Shown one piece after another: positions 61,646 through 64,000 of a stretch of 64,000 bases of DNA. Every line of letters starts with the position of its first letter. The stretch's first letter is position 1. The translations under genes were made by a program, and so were the position numbers. Source of the DNA: the human T2T-CHM13v2.0 reference genome, Homo sapiens; the NCBI RefSeq assembly GCF_009914755.1, contig NC_060925.1, one strand, 5' to 3'. The notes under the pieces were generated by a model. The model was not told where the DNA came from. It made no database searches and worked only from the letters and a program-made list of their open reading frames with translations.

Positions 61646-61944
61646 CAGTTGACCCTTGAACAACATTGATTTGAACTGCACAGGTTCACTTGCACATGTA
61701 TTATTTTCAGTAAATATAGGAAAATCTTTGGAGATTTGTGATAATTTGGAAAAATCTTGCTTTTCCTCTCGCCTACTTTATCATAAGAATACAACATATA
61801 TATAACATATAGCATACAAAATCTGTGTTAATCACCTGTTTATGTTATGGACAAGGCTTCTGGTAAAAAGTAGGCTGTTAACTTTTAGTTGTATGTGGAT
61901 ATGCAACTGTGCTCCCAACCCCTGTGTTGTTTAAGGGTCAACTG
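61646..61944. mobile_element. Tigger2a/MER8-type DNA transposon
   Basis: TIRs CAGTTGACCCTTGAACAACA / TGTTGTTTAAGGGTCAACTG with TA on both sides. Confidence 0.88.
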
Positions 61945-63869
61945 TATTTCATTTTGGTGCCCCATTGCCCTCTGGATAAAGTCCAAATTTTTGGACTAAC
62001 TTACCAAGATCTTTCTTCCTCTTCTCTTTTATACTCTGGGCTGGAGCCAAATGGAGCTGCTTCAAATCCTGAACTGGCCTTTCTCTCTACTGTTTCCTGG
62101 CCTATGTATAGACTGTTCCCTCCGCCTGGGGTTCTCTTGTGTGTCTTCCTCCTTCCACGTACCCTCCCGCCTTGCTCTCTCTACTATTTGGCTACCTCCC
62201 CCTAGCTAACTCCTATTCAACCTTCAAGTCTATACAAGGATTCTGCAGGGAACCCTTTCCTCATGCCTCAGGTCTGATGCAGCCCACACAGCCCTCTGCT
62301 CTGTGCTTACTTCAGCCTAGCATGTATCTTGCTTATGGAACCTGATTGCTCATCCATAACCCTTTCTAGAATGTAACTTCCTTAAGAATAGAACTCTGCC
62401 TTATTCTCAGTTGCAATCCTAGCACCTAGCACAGAGCCAGACAAATAGTAGATAGTAAATTTTTACTGAATGAATGAATACACAAATATAAAGAAAATGT
62501 ATATTTGATATTATGGAAATAAAACATAGGTATGAAGAGAAATATTTTACCTAAAATACATATATTTTAGGGTAAGTAGACATTATTTTTGTGTGTTACA
62601 TTATTCATATCACTGTTATCCTACATTAAGAAATACAGGTATATTACTTTAGATATCATTTGAAGAAAACATAGACTCCATGTAGGAAGGCTTGGTATGT
62701 GGAAGATATGAAGTGTGATTTTTTTTCTCCCATGGGAATCAATACAATTATTGATGTTAATAACAACAAGAACAACCATTAATAATATGTTCAATACATA
62801 TGTAGTATTTTTGGTTGGAAAAATGGAAACCAAAGGTCTCCTGTTTATTGAAATTATAATTTTCTTCTAGAGTTTCTACACAGGACTAGGCATCAGAAAA
62901 CATATGTTCCAAAAGTGTGTCAAGGGTCACCATGGAAACCACAGGGCACAACATTTGTGTCCCAGGCTTCTGGAACACTAAGGACCGAAAGAACGTGAGT
63001 GAGAGCAGGGGAATTTAGGAATCCATTGAGGATGCCTGAATGGGGTTGTTGGCCCTGATCACACTCTAGAGACAGGCATATCATCACAGGCAATCAGAAA
63101 TGAAGAAGGACATTAACTTGTACCCTGTGGAATTGTCTTCAGTTGATAAAAAGGACTTCTCTGTGAGTGTATATTTTAATTATGCTGTTAGCTAGGAGTC
63201 AATTAAATTACAATACCTAGATCCAAATAGTCGTATTCATTTGAGACTTGTGAAAATTAGATTTTGGAAACAAGTTAGTAGTTCTTAATCTATGCTTAAT
63301 ATTAATAATATTTGTATTTATTAATATAAATGCTAGGCTGTATTTGTACAGCATCACATTTGTACACAGTGTCTAGCATCTCAGCATGACACTCTCATTT
63401 AATTTTACTGTTATTCTTGTGAGTTAGAAATTATTATAATTTCTATTTAATATCAGAAGAAACAGAGTCCAAAATAATGCATACAGTTGGTGGGAGAGAG
63501 ATACCTGAAAACCAGGCTTCTGATTACAAATCCAGCATTTTTTCCACTACTCCAGGCTACAAAGTAACTGATTTATGAATCCAGATGATTCACATGAGTT
63601 CATCTCCTCACATTTTAATTACTCATTTATTTATACATTCTCCAAATACATACTGAGCATGTATTTTGTGTGTTTCCTCATTTATAAAATGGAAATAATA
63701 ATATACCTACCTGATAGGCAACCAATGTAAGAACTGAGATGTAAATTGCTGTGCTTGGTTTTAAATGAAACCGAACTATTAACTACTATTATTTTCCTGC
63801 TAGAAATATGTAGAGTAGAAACATTATTAAATGTGCACATGGAAGTGAACATTCAAAACTTTAGATTAC

Positions 63870-64000
63870 GGCTGGGGGTGGTGGCTCACGCCTGTAATCC
63901 CAGCACTTAGGGAGGCCGAGGTGGGCAGATCATGAGGTCAGGAGTTAGAGACCAGCCTGGCCAACATAGTGAAACCCTGTCTCTACTAAAAATACAAAAA
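63870..64000 (+). mobile_element. Alu left arm, cut by the window end
   Basis: Alu consensus match. Confidence 0.9.

Noticed and set aside
62621-62833. Hydrophobic minus-strand ORF as the first exon or signal peptide of the dead gene
   Set aside because: Non-ATG start, AT-rich composition and no convincing donor that links it to the 59790 exon.

Overview
Primate (very likely human) genomic DNA, about half interspersed repeats. The first 10.7 kb hold the last three coding exons and 3' UTR of RTCA (RNA 3'-terminal phosphate cyclase) on the + strand. A processed C5orf15 (KCT2) pseudogene lies at 48.4-50.6 kb on the - strand and shares one target-site duplication with an adjoining Alu. The main observation is a chain of exon-like islands on the - strand from about 59.8 kb down to 23.0 kb, which the ORF track does not reveal. 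Most have GT-AG boundaries and mostly compatible phases. Five consecutive ones splice into a stop-free frame of about 150 codons, while others are broken by stops, frameshifts and Alu, L1 or MST insertions. I read this as a decayed multi-exon protein-coding gene (candidate unitary pseudogene) lying tail-to-tail with RTCA, and I cannot assign it to a family. Repeat subfamily names and many repeat boundaries come from memory of consensus sequences and are approximate. No database search was run.
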